The translations under genes were made by a program, and so were the position numbers. A DNA stretch of 64,000 nt from contig NC_043019.1 of NCBI RefSeq assembly GCF_006345805.1, positions 1,736,001-1,800,000 on the forward strand, given 5' to 3'. Shown here one piece after another: positions 24,209 through 37,919 of the stretch (positions are counted from its first letter, which is position 1; each line of letters starts with the position of its first letter). The DNA is from Octopus sinensis. Taxonomy: Eukaryota. The notes below the pieces were generated by a model. The model worked only from the letters and a program-made list of their open reading frames with translations, did not search any database and had not been told where the DNA came from.

Positions 24209-24584
24209 GGGCTATAAAGCTATAGTAACTCCCCTCCCCAATGTGGTTAGCCATGATAAGAGGGCTTCTATACTTTACATTATCGAGCAATTACTGTTTC
24301 AATCTCAAACGCCAATAGAAAAACTCTTATATATTTGCAAGGAAGCCTTCACTTTCGTCGCATCCTGGTGGTTACCGCCCGTTGACTAGGGACAAATATC
24401 CCGAAACTAGTCCGAGCGTATCACTCAGGCTTGCGAGGAAAGGATGCCCCCCCCCCCACCTTTGCAAATACTTCAAGGGCACTGATATGGTGTCTAAAGC
24501 CAGCTAGAGACGACGATCTCTTGGGCTATAAAGCTACAATAACACCCCCTTCCCTATGTGGTTAGCCATGATAAGATGGCTTCT
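24209..24584 (+). mobile_element. Retrozyme-like non-coding element (314-bp monomer plus ~62-bp terminal redundancy)
   Basis: GGGCTATAAAGCTA at 24209 and 24523. Homologs at 40918-41090 and 53910-54330. Contains a hammerhead fold. Confidence 0.65.
24376..24418 (+). ncRNA. Minimal type-I hammerhead-like motif (U3, U8)
   Basis: CGCCCG-UUGACUA-GGGA-CAAAUA-UCCC-GAA-ACUAGU-C-CGAGCG; GUC site at 24410-24412. Confidence 0.6.
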
Positions 24585-24859
24585 TTATTCAATGGCTGAT
24601 TATTTCATATAATAAATGCACAATAATTGGTATTGGTTTTCTTATCACCTGAGGTTCGGAAGAGTGAAAGACGTAGTGACTGCATGTTTGTGTATGTCTG
24701 GGAAAGATATTCAAACTTAGATATACGTTTAGGCGCAGGAGATTTATGTGTGTTTTTGCAGATTCAATATATGTGTACGCGTGTATTTTTACACATGGCA
24801 TACGTAATCTCATGTATATACGTGTATGTTCAAACAGACATGGGCGTACGTACAAACAG

Positions 24860-25150
24860 ACACAGGTTCATAGATAGATAGATAGATAGATAGAGAGAGA
24901 CAGATAGGTAGAGAAAGAGAGAGACAGACAGGCAAACAGACAGACAGACAGACATAGACAGGTAGACAGACAGACATATTGACGGATAGACGGATTGACA
25001 GAGAGACACTGATACATACATACATACATACATACATACATACATACATACATAATGACTGACTGACTGATAGACAGACACCGATACAGACATACATACA
25101 GACAGACAGACGGGTAGGTAGGTAGATGGATGGATGGATGGATGGATGGA
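24860..25150. repeat. Compound GATA/GACA/CATA/GGAT microsatellite
   Basis: Direct reading. Confidence 0.9.
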
Positions 25151-25667
25151 TAAAACTTAAATATGTCAAAAGAACATGGAATAAGGGAAATAATTCAGAG
25201 GCGGCAGTGGCAGATATTTGAACGGCAAATCTGAATTAGGGCATAGTATATCCAATGGAAGATATCTTCTTGGTCTTTTGAAATTATGTTAGCTTTCGTA
25301 GATGGTAGAACAATCGCTTGTGGCAATTGGAAACTGTTTCAATGAAGGGGTATAATCTTAAGAATCTAAAATTGTCCATAGGTAATGTCTTTAAAGAAAT
25401 GATATTTTGATTGTTTCGAGATAAGACTCGTGTTTCAACCGCAATAGGCGTTATCAGCACGTATGTTGTCTTACCTTATCTCGAGCGGAACGAGAAGCTT
25501 AGATATATGCGTAAAGAAAAATAAACAAGTAGATTACTAATATGCTGGCACTCAGTCGATTACGGCGACGCGTATTCCAATTAATCCGATCAACGGAAGA
25601 GGCTGCTCGTGAAATTAACGTGCATGTGGCTGAGCGTACCCTTATCATAGTTCTCAGTGAGATTATT

Positions 25668-26372
25668 TTCTAATCTAGGCACAAGGCCCGACATTTGGGG
25701 GGGGGGCAGTCGATTAGATGGATTAGAACGGATGAAAAGGAAAGTCGACCTCGGCAGAATTTGAACTCAGAAGGTAAAGACAGATGAAATACCGTTAAGC
25801 ATTTCGCCCAGCATCCTAACGTTTCTTAATTTCTTTATTGCCCACAAGGGGCTAAATATAGAGGGGACAAACAAGGACAGACAAACGGATTAAGTCGATT
25901 ACATCGACCCCAGTGTGTAACTGGTACTTAATTTATCGACCCTGAAATGATGAAAGACAGAGTCGACCCCGGTGGAATTTGAACTCAGAACATAGCGGCA
26001 GACGAAATACTTATTTCTTTACTACTCACAAAGGGCTAAACACAGAGAGGACAAACAAGGACAGATAAACGGATTAAGTCGATTATATCGACCCCAGTGC
26101 GTAACTGGAACTTATTTAATCGACCCCGAAAGGATGAAAGGCAAAGTCGACCCCGGCAGAATTTGAACTCAGAACGTATTGGCAGACGTAATACCTATTT
26201 CTTTACTACCCACAAAGGGCTAAACACAGAGAGGACAAACAAGGACAGACAAACGGATTAAGTCGAGTATATCGACCCCAGTGCGTAACTGGTACTTATT
26301 TAATCGACCCTGAAAGGATGAAAGGCAAAGTCGACCTCGTCGGAATTTGAACTCAGAACGTAGCGGCAGACG
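25668..26372 (-). mobile_element. Family A SINE multimer (three 184-bp units plus an adjacent monomer)
   Basis: ATTTGAACTCAG at 25759, 25977, 26161 and 26345. Confidence 0.85.
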
Positions 26373-27604
26373 ACATATGTATGCATGTATATATGTATGA
26401 GGGTGTATGTGTATGTATGATTTTGCACATGTCCATTTGTAGACACACACCTTTCTAGGCCCTCTTTCACGTTCGTTTCTGAACCAGTCTTTATTAATTA
26501 CGTAATTGTAGCCACAGACATTACGTGCGTTTGAAAGTTCGTTCTGATATCACATGATTTTTGGTTCAGTCCCTTTGCGCAGCATCTTGCTCACGTGTTT
26601 TCAACTATAACCTCCGTTCGACCAATGACTTATCAATGTATTTTGTGGAAGGAAACATTGTAGAACAACGTCGTAAATGTATGTATATATCGTATATATA
26701 TGGTTAAGTCTACGTGTATGAATCATTGTATGTGTTTGTACCCCGCCTCTATTTGGCAACCAATTTTGATCAGCTTCTGTCCTGAAACATGGCTGTTCGT
26801 CAAACGTGAGATAGAATAAGCACCGGAATTTATTATTTTTTTTTTTTGTCCTTTCTTTTTCGACTAAAATATTCCAAGACATAGCATAGCCGCCGTATAG
26901 TGACTGAGGGAACTAAAAGAGAAAGGAAATAACTAATTTCCTCCGTTCAGCTGTTAGTGAAATGTCGAGTATCTGTTTTGTATTTCAAGGCTAGACTGAA
27001 TCTAAGTTGTTCTCCGAGGAGAACTCATTCGAAAAAGTAAATCGTCCGCCATGAATTTTGTAGCGTTTGTTGATATTCTGTTTCAAAATTCCATACTTTA
27101 TTAACACGTTTCTTCTTATCCAACAGATTTCAAAAACAAAGAAAAACGTCTTCAGCTTGAGAGATCAATCAATAACGCGTGTAGCTTTTCAAATGCTTGA
27201 AGCTCGTTAACCGAATGCTGTTCAATTGCTAATTTCAGCGTGATGTCATTTGTAACAAATACTGTAATCCCATTGTTGTTTTCTTCTGTTAACAATACTA
27301 TAAAATAATGTTATCTATAAATAATTCACACGAATCTCATTGTTCAATTATAAACATTTGTAAGCTTTGGAAACAAATACTAGGTTTTTATTTATTTATT
27401 TATTTATTTATGCTTTTGGTTTGTTTTTCCATTACAAAAGAATTTTAAATTATTCGTGTTTGACATAATATCTGATAAAAATTCGCTTCTCCTATAAATA
27501 TCCTTATTAATGATTCGGGGTACTGATTGATTACTACGACAAAAATGAAAGAATTTTGTTCTTGCTACTTTTGTTAAGAACATACAACTAGAAATGGCTC
27601 TATA

Positions 27605-27880
27605 GTTGAAGAAGGTGGCGTATCAACCATGTGGTTTCGGGTTCAGTACAACTGCACAGCATCTATGGCAAGTGTCTTCTACTAAAGCATTCTACTCTAA
27701 CCTTGTGAGCGGATTTGGATAACGGGAATAATGGAATCTCGTGGTATATGTTAATGTATGTGCGAGTGCGTATGCGGGCATATATATATATGGCCGTATC
27801 TGTGTTTGTGTCCTCACCATTGATAGTTTGTTTCCATTGAGCGTTTGTTTCGATCCATGTATTCAACCAATAGAATTTTA
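27605..27880 (+). mobile_element. Diverged family C SINE
   Basis: CAACCATGTGGTTTCGGGTTCAGT..GGCAAGTGTCTTCTACTA..TTGTGAGCGGATTTGG. Confidence 0.6.
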
Positions 27881-28931
27881 CCGGAGAGTGTGTTAAATAA
27901 TAAGGCACTAAAAGAGAATGACTCTCCCCAGACACAACGGAATTTGAGGTTAATAACTTCGTAAATTATATGCTGGCTTTTAACTGTGTCCAATTATATT
28001 TATAGTTCAATGTCTTTTAACTGTAATTATATTTACGCGCTGTGGGCAAGCTTTTCGTTGTATTTGCCCATAAAATTGACCTATATTTGCGACGCGGCAC
28101 AATAACATGCGATCATTTTGTTTTTACTTAACTGACCCTCTATACTAAGTATGCTCAACTCAACTTAATTGTTGCATTCATAGTAAATGACCGAGATATT
28201 TTGATTTTCGATACCCTAACAGTCAAGCACTAACGGTATATAAAATCGCATATATTCGACGACTCTTCAAACTCTATAAATCTATTTTACTCATATATAT
28301 ACTCACTGAATACAGAAATTGGATGGTTAACATAAACTTTGATGTATTATTTGCAATTTACATATGATCAATACTAAGATCAGACGTTCCCGTTTATATT
28401 CCCGGTCCAAAAGTGCAGCTTAATGAGGCAATTCTGCCGAACCTTTATATTTTCAATAATAATATAATTTAGATAAGGTCATCAAAGGTTGACTAATTCA
28501 ACACTTCTTAAATTTTCAAATTTCACGAGGGAAATAAAATATGAAAATATAGAATTATATCTCGGAGATAATGTCCCAGACAGCCTTCTAGGCTGAATTA
28601 TAGTACCTATGACATACTTTCGCAATTATTTCACAGAATATTGATAAGGGAACCAATCACTTCTAATTCTATAAACCATGACCTCTGACATCTAATTATT
28701 GTACTTTGTATATTTCGTTTTCTTTGCGAGGTTTATTTTCTTGATCGCTAAAAAGGTCTTTGATTATAGACGTTTGAATCATATCCCAACATTATCTTCC
28801 GGATATGGTGTTTCCAGTATTTAACACTAAATCATCAAATATCAGCATCCACATCTGAGTATATCAGAGTGGAGTGTAATTCGAAAAAGATTTGGACTGC
28901 TATTTCTAGCAGGTCTGGAGACAGTATAGAC

Positions 28932-29070
28932 CAGTGGTTCTCAAACGGGGTTCATGTAACCTTTAGGTGGTAATATAACATTTTATTGTTAAAATTTATG
29001 GACAATATAATTGATTATACTTCTACAATACACAGAATTGTTTAACAATTTTTAAATACAATTCTTAATA
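28932..29070 (+). mobile_element. Possible hAT-type MITE end
   Basis: CAGTGGTTCTCAAAC start typical of hAT TIRs; partner TIR not found. Confidence 0.35.
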
Positions 29071-29188
29071 CAGTTCTATATTTAAGAGATGAGGAATTAT
29101 TTACATATAATGTTATATATACAGATGCATACATTTATACCTACATATAAACGTATGCGTGTGTATATGTATATACACACATATATAT

Positions 29189-29234
<46 letters not shown>

Positions 29235-29426
29235 TTGTACATAAAAAAGATATGGTTATACATGTCTTCAAACGCTATCATTGAAGGCAGGATCATACCG
29301 TATGGGGCTCAGCAGAGACAGAAGACGCCGATTTGTTAATGATAACGAAGCAATAATTTCTACGCGCAGATCCTGTGTTCTTGATACTAGAATAGGGCGC
29401 CGTAAGTGTATGTGTGTATGCGCGTG

Positions 29427-29460
<34 letters not shown>

Positions 29461-29929
29461 TGTGTGTGTGTCTGTGTGTGTAACTAGAGAAGTTTAAACT
29501 TCCACTTAAATGAGAATATCTATGAAATCATTTACAAATAGCAAGTACAAACCTGAAACAAGCACCGCCACTAACACTTATGCCATGAAATCTAGCAGGA
29601 TTTAATGTTATATGATATTAAATGCAGCGTCGAAGATATCATTTATAATACCATCCTCAAGACTCTGCGCGATGCAAGAATATAGGCGAGGATTACTCGC
29701 CAATAAAACAGTTGAAATTGAAAATAAGCTTAAGAAAGTCTTGACTATGAATCTAATTATTCAAGGAAGGTTATCGATTCAAGCCGTAAAATGTTAAGAA
29801 AATGTGAAAAAGTCTTGGTAAAATTATCGAGATTAGATATGAATTGAATTTACCGGGTTTCAAAGAAAACCTGTTCCCTATCAATATCTTTCTCTAGCGT
29901 CTCTATTCCTGCTACCCGCACATACCCGG

Positions 29930-30017
<88 letters not shown>

Positions 30018-30055
30018 TGTGTGCGTGTGTGTGTGTGTATGTATATACATATATA

Positions 30056-31344
30056 TTCTGCGTTGGCAATTAAGGTTCCGCCGTTTGTTTTTTTTTATTT
30101 TAGACTTTATTGCGTTTTTAAATTTTGGAATATATTTTTTTCGAGAATTCTATTTCATTTTGGAATCTATTTTGTATTTTTTTCTAGTTAATTTCAGTTA
30201 ATTTTTGTTTATTTTCAGGTCATTAAAGTGGAATGTCAAGTTAATAAAAACGAGCATTTTCGGCACTTCCTCCTTTTTGCTTTTACTCAAGGTTCTAAGG
30301 CAACAAAACCTGCTCACGACATGTGTGCTGTGTATGAAGAGGGTGCCATAGCTGAAAGAACCGCTCATGACTGGTATTCCAAAATGGAAATTTTGACTTC
30401 AAAGACGCACCTAGTTCTGGTCGTCCAGTTGAGTTCGATGAAGAGCGAGTAAACTAACTTTTGCAAGAAAATTCATGTCAAACGACAAGGGAACTGGCAG
30501 AGAAAATGGAATTCTCCCACACTGCTAAAGACAAGCGTCTTCACTCGATGGGAAAGGTTCAGAAGTATGGAGCATGGATTCCGCATGCTTTAAGTGACAA
30601 AAACACAAATCAACGAACCACTATCTCCGCTGGTTTTGTTGCTCGTCACCGCTCAACTAATCGACACAAACAACTATTTCTTTACCGAATCATTACTGGC
30701 GACGAAGAATGGTGCTTGTACATCAATATGAAGCAGCGTAAGGAATGGCTTAGCTCCGGTAAACAAGCGATACCGCGCGTGAAACAAGATCTTCATCCGC
30801 GTAAAACGATGTTGTGCGTATGGTGGGACTGGGAAGGAATTATTCATTACTAATTGCTTGAACGGAACCAAACGGACAACGCGTAACTCTATGTTCAACA
30901 GATGGAACAACTCAACATCGCTATTCAAGAGAAAAGTCCTAATCGTCAGCATGGAATTCTTCTTCTGCTGCACGACAACATCCGCCCTCATACCGCCAAT
31001 ATGACCAAGGAAGATATTCAAACGCATGGCTGGTAAGTGCTGCCATACACGCCCTACTCTCCTGATTTGCTACCGACCGATTTCCACCTCTTTCGATCTC
31101 TTTCAAATGCTATGCTCGGAGTTTCGTTCAATACTTATTGAGAGCTTGGTTGGATCAATTTTTCGAGTCGAAATCAGGTGATTTCTACCAACGAGGTATT
31201 GAAAATCTTGTTGAACGTTGGGAAGAAGTTGTAAACAACAAGAGTGAATACATTATTGATCAATTAGTTGTCAATTTTGATTAAACCTTTTAAAAAGTTT
31301 AAATTTAAAAAAAAAATGGCAGGAACTTTGTTGCCAACCCATTA
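30056..31344 (+). mobile_element. Full-length (1289 bp) defective mariner element
   Basis: TA TSD at 30054-55 and 31345-46; imperfect TIRs (..GTTGGCAA..AAG). Transposase with WIPHAL, TGDEEW, LHDN and YSPDLLPTDFHLFR motifs, broken by frameshifts and stops (ORFs 30228-30452, 30461-30853). Confidence 0.92.
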
Positions 31345-31364
31345 TAGAGATATATACCTACACA

Positions 31365-31447
<83 letters not shown>

Positions 31448-32232
31448 ATATATATATATATATATTATATATTGATTGATTATTCCTTTACCAATAGGGT
31501 CGTGACTCTCATACTGTGAGGCACTAAGTGCCGAAAGGGACTCCGTTCTGCTAATGATGTCAGGTAAACATTTTCTGCGCCCAATTGCATGGTCCCACGG
31601 GGATAATGAATATCATCGATCACGCGTACGAGTATTATGTATGATGTGTGGTGTGTGTGTGTCCGTTTGTGTGTGTATGCATGTCTGAATGTGTTAAAGA
31701 TCTAGCATAAATAAGTATATTTATTAAAGCATTACGAATAGCAAAATCCAAAACAAAAAAACGAATATCAAAATCCAAACAAACGTTAAACATACATATG
31801 CATCCCAGCTAAAATTTATGTCATGAAATCCATCAGGATTTATAATTTACGTAATATTAAATCCGACTTTGATAATTTTATCTTTTACAACATTAATTCT
31901 CAATGTGTTGTGTGGCTGAATGCTAGAGGAGTGGATTACACGTTATTGAAACAGTCGAATGTGAAAACGAGTGTGACACGACCTCGGCAGTTTGTCTCAT
32001 TTATTTGGTCAGATTAATTCAGAAATGTTGCTCTTCGAAAACAAACACAGAATGATAAGATGTCAAAAGCTCAGACGAGTAAAAGGATGGTGCTGCGCTA
32101 TCTTTTAAATTTAACATGTTTCAAAGAAAGGTTTAACTTTGCCTTTCTCTCCATTTCTCGCTCTCTATCTCTCTCTTTTCCTCAATCTTTTTCAATATTC
32201 TTACACATGTATACACATATATACACATTTAC

Positions 32233-32268
<36 letters not shown>

Positions 32269-32349
32269 AAGAGCAAAAGAAAATTATTTTAAAAAGTTGT
32301 TTATAATTTTAATCTTTAAAGGTATTTTAATATGCTACCACATTTTTAG

Positions 32350-32565
32350 ATAGATAGATAGATAGATAGATAGAAAGATAGATACATACATACATACATA
32401 CATACATTCATACATTCATACATACATACATTCATACATACATTCATACACACATTCATACATACATACATACATACATTCATACATACATTCATACATA
32501 CATACATACATACACACATACATACATACATACATACACACATACATACATACATACATACATAT
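32350..32565. repeat. (GATA)n/(CATA)n/(CATT)n microsatellite
   Basis: Direct reading. Confidence 0.95.
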
Positions 32566-33295
32566 GGCCATCGGTAACACTGGCAGTCAATACGGTGTTG
32601 ATCCAACCTTAGGCTTGATGACAGCCTCCACTCTCGCAAGTATATTTTCAATCAGTGTTGTGGAAGGTTTCCTGTGGTATGGTAGCCCATTCTTCGCGGG
32701 ACGCTGAAATGAGCAAATACTAAATAAAATTACATGTTAACCAAGATTGTATATACAATGCATCTGGGCGCTTAATTGTTCATAAACGCCTCCACGTGAA
32801 GATTTACAGTTAAGTAGGAGTGGAATAATATATGTAGGTTTTCAGATAAGGATGAAAGAAAATCTTTAATGTAGCACATCAAAAATCTAAGTTAATAATT
32901 ACAGCACGTCGTGTAGACATCCTGACCCTCACGGCAACTTTAATCGTAACTAGAAATGGACATAGTTTAAAACTGAAATGCATTTTACAAAGTTATTATT
33001 TTTAATTTTATAGATTAATGATATGGAGTATATAGTGACGTGCGAATCATATGTTTTGTGTATAGCATTCTTTAATAAAACACCGCTAAACAATATATCA
33101 AACAATGTTTCCTAAACTAACCAACAAGATCGAATCCACGTGGTCGATTCTTACGTTTAGAATGAGCCAAAACTTCTTCAAGTCAAACCATACCATTTTG
33201 TTAACACTTTCACTAAGGACTGACCACAAGCGTACTGACTTCTTTGCTCCATTTTCCTACCGTTACTAAAGTGGATTCAAATACTCGGAGCAGAT

Positions 33296-33800
33296 GTTAG
33301 TTAGTTAGTTAGTTAATTTGGCTCAAAAGCAAATAGCAAGGCCATGTAGGGGGACATGGAGTTAAGTACAGGGCGGTGTTCATGTAAAGAGTTCAGGCCA
33401 CTTGAGGTCCAGGGAGGCTTTGAACAAAGCGGTCGTCGGCATCTTCACCATCTCGTCTGGCAGCTTGTTCCACGGATCCGCAACCCGGACGGAGAAAGCT
33501 CCTCTCCTTCGATTGAGATGAAATCGTCGCAGGTAGAGCTTTTCGGAATGACCCCGCAGCCGACGCTCCGGAGCAGGAGTGAAGAACAGCTCTTTCGAGA
33601 GGTTACACTTCCCGCTTATGATATTGTGGGCGAGAATGAGATCACCACGGCGGCGGCGTTTTTCAAGAGAATAAAGGTCGAGCGTCCTCAGCCTTTCTTC
33701 GTAGGACAAATTTTTGAGACCATGAACCATGCGGGTAGCCAGCCTCTGGACTCTTTCGAGGTGCTGTATGTCTTTGAGGAGATAAGGAGAAGAGGCTTAT
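33296..33800 (-). mobile_element. 5'-truncated CR1 LINE (ORF2 C-terminus, 3'UTR, (CTAA)n tail)
   Basis: SSPYLLKDIQHLERVQRLATRMVHGLKNLSYEERLRTLDLYSLEKRRRRGDLI..FSVRVADPWNKLP. The frame is unbroken over the fragment, so it may be young. Confidence 0.92.
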
Positions 33801-33857
33801 CTCGTGTTAACCCTACAAACCTTCAAACGAACAATAGAATGGTGTCCGTCTCTTAGT

Positions 33858-34237
33858 GGAGGCGCAATGGCCCAGTGGTTAGGGCAGCGGACTCGTGGTC
33901 GTAGGATCGCGGTTTCGATTCCCAGACCGGGCATTGTGGGTGTTTATTGAGCGAAAACACCTAAAACTTCACGAGGCTCCTGCAGGGGGTGGTGGTGAAC
34001 CCTGCTGTACTCTTTCACCACAACTTTCTCTCACTCTTTCTTCCTGTTTCTGTTGTACCTGTATTTCAAAGGGCCAGCCTTGTCACACTCTGTGTCACGC
34101 TGAATCTCCTCGAGAACTACATTAAGGGTACACGTGTCTGTGGAGTGATCAGCCACTTGCACGTTAATTCCACGAGCAAGCTGTTCCGTTGATCGTATCA
34201 GCTAGGACCCTCATCGTCGTAACCGACGGAGTGCTCC
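33858..34237 (+). mobile_element. Family B SINE, full length
   Basis: Homolog of 3492-3880. Confidence 0.9.
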
Positions 34238-35357
34238 TATAACGTGTCTGTCTCAACATTTATCTGTTCAAAATATATATCAAGCAAAGGTTGGACAAGT
34301 GTACAGTAGCAGCCATGAGCACGACCCTTCACATGGACCAAGTCATATGAATTGTGAAATCCTTTTCTTCTACCTACTCCACGTTATTCTACAGAGATTT
34401 GTTTCTTACCAACGCAGTTGAACGTTGTTAAATATTCGTAATTAAGCAGGAAAGAGATAATGGCGTCAGTTATTTTCATACACACATGGTTATTAAACGC
34501 ACATTGTATACTCTCTCCTTACTTTCGCTTATATCGTACCCAAGTTTAATTACTCAGATGCATTGGAGCGAGCGGCGATGCTGATTTCAAAAATTGTTAC
34601 CTTCCCTTTCATTAAAGTCCATAAAACTGTTGCCAGCTGAAAATCTGAATCACTTATCGATATATTCCGGTCATTCTGATAAATAGATTAGAATTATAAT
34701 TAACATGAGAAAACAACAAATGAAGACCTCGGCGCAAAGAATGAGTCTACATAATATAAAACCAGTTTGATCCTATCTGATTGGACTTCTTCCTCTATCG
34801 GGCACCCTTGTCATCGACTTCCATATTAGAATACTACCATCTTTCGAGGACTACTTTACCACAGAAGTTTACCCTCAATTCAACTATTTGGACTACCACT
34901 GTTACCACTTCCTCTATCTGATTTGAAACACGTGAAATTATGAGCGTTCTAGCTATGAAAACCTCATAAAACTTTATACATCATTGCGTGATATAGAGTA
35001 AAATTTTACAACTGTTCTTATGAAATTGACCGCATATATAGTGACCACACGTTGTTCTCTAATTATTAAACCAATCTCTAGCATTAGTATATAATTCAAT
35101 ATATCTATCTCTGAAAGATAGGAGATATATCGGGACACAATTTTCACGTGGAAGCCATAATATCGAATTTAAGATAAAGGATTGACATTCTGATTCGAAA
35201 TCAGAATAGCCGTTCCATCCCGGCCCAAACCTTATAATTAAATGCAAACATGACATTGCTTATACACATGCACATACATAATTACATGTATGTTTATACA
35301 AACACACACAAACACAAACACACACACGCACACACATATACATATATATATATATGC

Positions 35358-35645
35358 GGAGGCACATGGCCTAGTGGTAAGAGCGGCGTACTCCCGGTCG
35401 ACAGATCGCGAGTTCGAATCTCAGAACGGGCGATGTGTGTGTTTATGAGCGAAAGACCTAAGCTCCACGCGGCTCCGGCAGAAGATAATGGCGAATTTCT
35501 GCTGAATCTTTCACGACAACCTTCTCTCACTCTTTCTTCCTGCATCTTACACCTCACCTGCGATGAACGGGCGTCCCGTCCAGGGACATATACGACAAGG
35601 AAACCGGGAAACCGGCCCTTATGAGCCAGACATGGCTCGAAAAGG
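35358..35645 (+). mobile_element. Family B SINE with alternative tail
   Basis: tRNA head GGAGGCACATGGCCTAGTGGTAAGAGC..GTTCGAATC; tail as in the 20729 copy. Confidence 0.85.
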
Positions 35646-35809
35646 AACAATATATATATATATATATATATATTATATAAGTTCAGAAACAATTTATATT
35701 CAAATGAATATGGCACTTAATTTAGATGCACAAAAATTTTTTATGGTGTTACCCATAAAAATATGCGGGGTGATTATAATCAAAAATAAGCAACAAGAAT
35801 GAATCCGGT

Positions 35810-35900
35810 AATTTAGTACAATTGTTTCATACTACAACATTTCATTAAAAGCTGTAAATATTAAAGCAGATTTAAGATGCCGAGTAATCTTCAGCTAATT
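35810..35900 (-). ncRNA. Type-I hammerhead ribozyme, canonical core, long stem II
   Basis: AAUUAG-CUGAAGA-UUAC[long hairpin]GUAU-GAA-ACAAUUGU-A-CUAAAUU. Confidence 0.7.
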
Positions 35901-36106
35901 TTATATAGGTTTTCCAATAATATAAAAGTTTTCAAATCAATTAATAACATCTTAGGGAAGGTCAATATACAGATAATGATGTAGATATGAACCTCAGGAA
36001 CATGAGACAGTGTAGATTCATATCTACATCTTTATCTGTATATTTACCTTCCCTAAGATGTTATTAATTGATCTGAGAACTTTATATTATTGGAAAACCT
36101 ATATAA

Positions 36107-36197
36107 AATTAGGTGAAGATAACTCGGCATCTTAAATCTGCTGTAATATTTACAGCTTTTAATGAAATGTTGTAGTATGAAACAATTGTACTAAATT
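36107..36197 (+). ncRNA. Opposite-strand hammerhead copy (C3>G)
   Basis: AAUUAG-GUGAAGA-UAAC..GCUGUAA/UUACAGC..GUAU-GAA-ACAAUUGU-A-CUAAAUU. Confidence 0.55.
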
Positions 36198-36225
36198 ACC
36201 GGATCCATTCTTGTTGCTTATTTTG

Positions 36226-36276
<51 letters not shown>

Positions 36277-36473
36277 ATATATAAGCCAAGAAGTTAGGGG
36301 TTGAGAATTCAATCCACTAGGGATAATATCTATCCATATACTGCTGGTAGAATACACAATTTAATACATAAGTGTTCTTTATTGCATTGCGATTATATTA
36401 CCTAGTGTACTAAATGGGGGAAGTAAAGAGATATTTTACCATTAATTCATATAGCAAATTTTACCATATATAC

Positions 36474-36520
<47 letters not shown>

Positions 36521-37139
36521 ATATCTGATACGAGTAGCGATCACAGGATTCGAGGAAGAGAAGCATCTTGGCGTGGTGATTAATATACACGAGAGGACAA
36601 TCACCTTTATGAGTGAGTGTGTATATGTGCGCGCGTGTGTTTGTTTGTTTGTTTGTTTCTCTGTGTGTGTACGTGCGTATGCGTGCGACTCAAAAGTTGG
36701 TCGCAGCTGCAACGTTGACCAGCAAAGACTTGTTCTGGTGGTTTTAAATATTAACTGAAAGAAGGTAAAGAAAACCAGAAATTATGTCTTAGACGCGAAT
36801 CGGAAATTATAAAAGATAATTAAAAATGAGAATTAATAGCCTGTAAAATGAAAATTATTTGGGGAGCATACTGAAATTTTACCATATAATTAAATTCTTT
36901 TATTACTATAGTTATTATGCACTCAGAAAATATTTCTTGAATGTTATCTGGAGGACATTTCTTTATTTTTATTCTTTCAAACAGGCAAGTGAAAATTCCA
37001 CGAATCTTAGAATTGGTTAACCCTTCCTTCATTTTATTGCAAATAGAAAGGTACGACAGCTTTTCTCATTATTCTACCCTTTAAACCCGGAGCATAACTT
37101 GAAAAACACATTGTGACATATGTTAATTACATCACTATG

Positions 37140-37187
<48 letters not shown>

Positions 37188-37819
37188 TATATATATATGT
37201 ATATATATGTATATATATATATATATTATATATATATAATATCCATACATACACAGACATACACATACGTGTATATATATGCTTATATATATATATATAT
37301 GTACATATACTAAGATATAAAGATATATATGTAAATTTATACCTATATATGTGGGTGTACGTTCTATCTCTGTGTGTCTGTGTGTGCCTGTGTCTCTGTG
37401 TGTATCTGTCTGTGCGTGTGTCTTTGTGTGTGTGTGCGTTTGTGTGTCTTTGTGTGTGTGTGTGTATGTGTGTGTTTGAGTGTGTGTGTGTGTCTTCTGT
37501 GAACATTTCTCAGTAAGATATTGATTAATGGAATAGGCACCAACCCAAACATTTTGGGAATAAAACTGAATACAATTGATTTTTTTTCGCACTGCACTAC
37601 TAACTTTCGATTATACCGTACTCAAGTTTAATTACTCAGATGCGCCATCTTCCCGAAAATATACAGCTAAGCTAGCGTGGATCATATAATGATGAGCATC
37701 AAAAATCATAATAGAACAGAAAGCTTCGTCAATTACACGTTGACCAATTTTTGTTAAGTACAAACCCACGACAGATTAGGCTAAGGCACAGTAAGTTGGT
37801 AAAGCAAGTAGGGTAACAG

Positions 37820-37919
37820 NNNNNNNNNNNNNNNNNNNNNNNNNNNNNNNNNNNNNNNNNNNNNNNNNNNNNNNNNNNNNNNNNNNNNNNNNNNNNNNNN
37901 NNNNNNNNNNNNNNNNNNN
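37820..37919. other. Assembly gap (100 N)
   Basis: Run of N. Confidence 1.

Larger units (their letters stand above)
35779..36227. mobile_element. Inverted pair of hammerhead-bearing repeats (PLE pLTR-like), ~213-bp arms
   Basis: 35779-35991 is the reverse complement of 36017-36227, with a 25-bp spacer. Abuts (TA)n. Confidence 0.85.

Noticed and set aside
27152-27298. Protein-like minus-strand frame IVLLTEENNNGITVFVTNDITLKLAIEQHSVNELQAFEKLHALLIDLSS*
   Set aside because: No family recognised and no consistent exon chain; open frames of ~50 codons can occur by chance.
28413-28445. UUAAUGA-GGCA-AUUC-UGCC-GAAC hammerhead-like fragment
   Set aside because: No helix III or stem I, and the core is wrong at G5 and A14; likely chance or too decayed.
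33356-33856. 166-aa + strand ORF
   Set aside because: It is antisense to the CR1 ORF2 fragment, with no independent evidence of coding.
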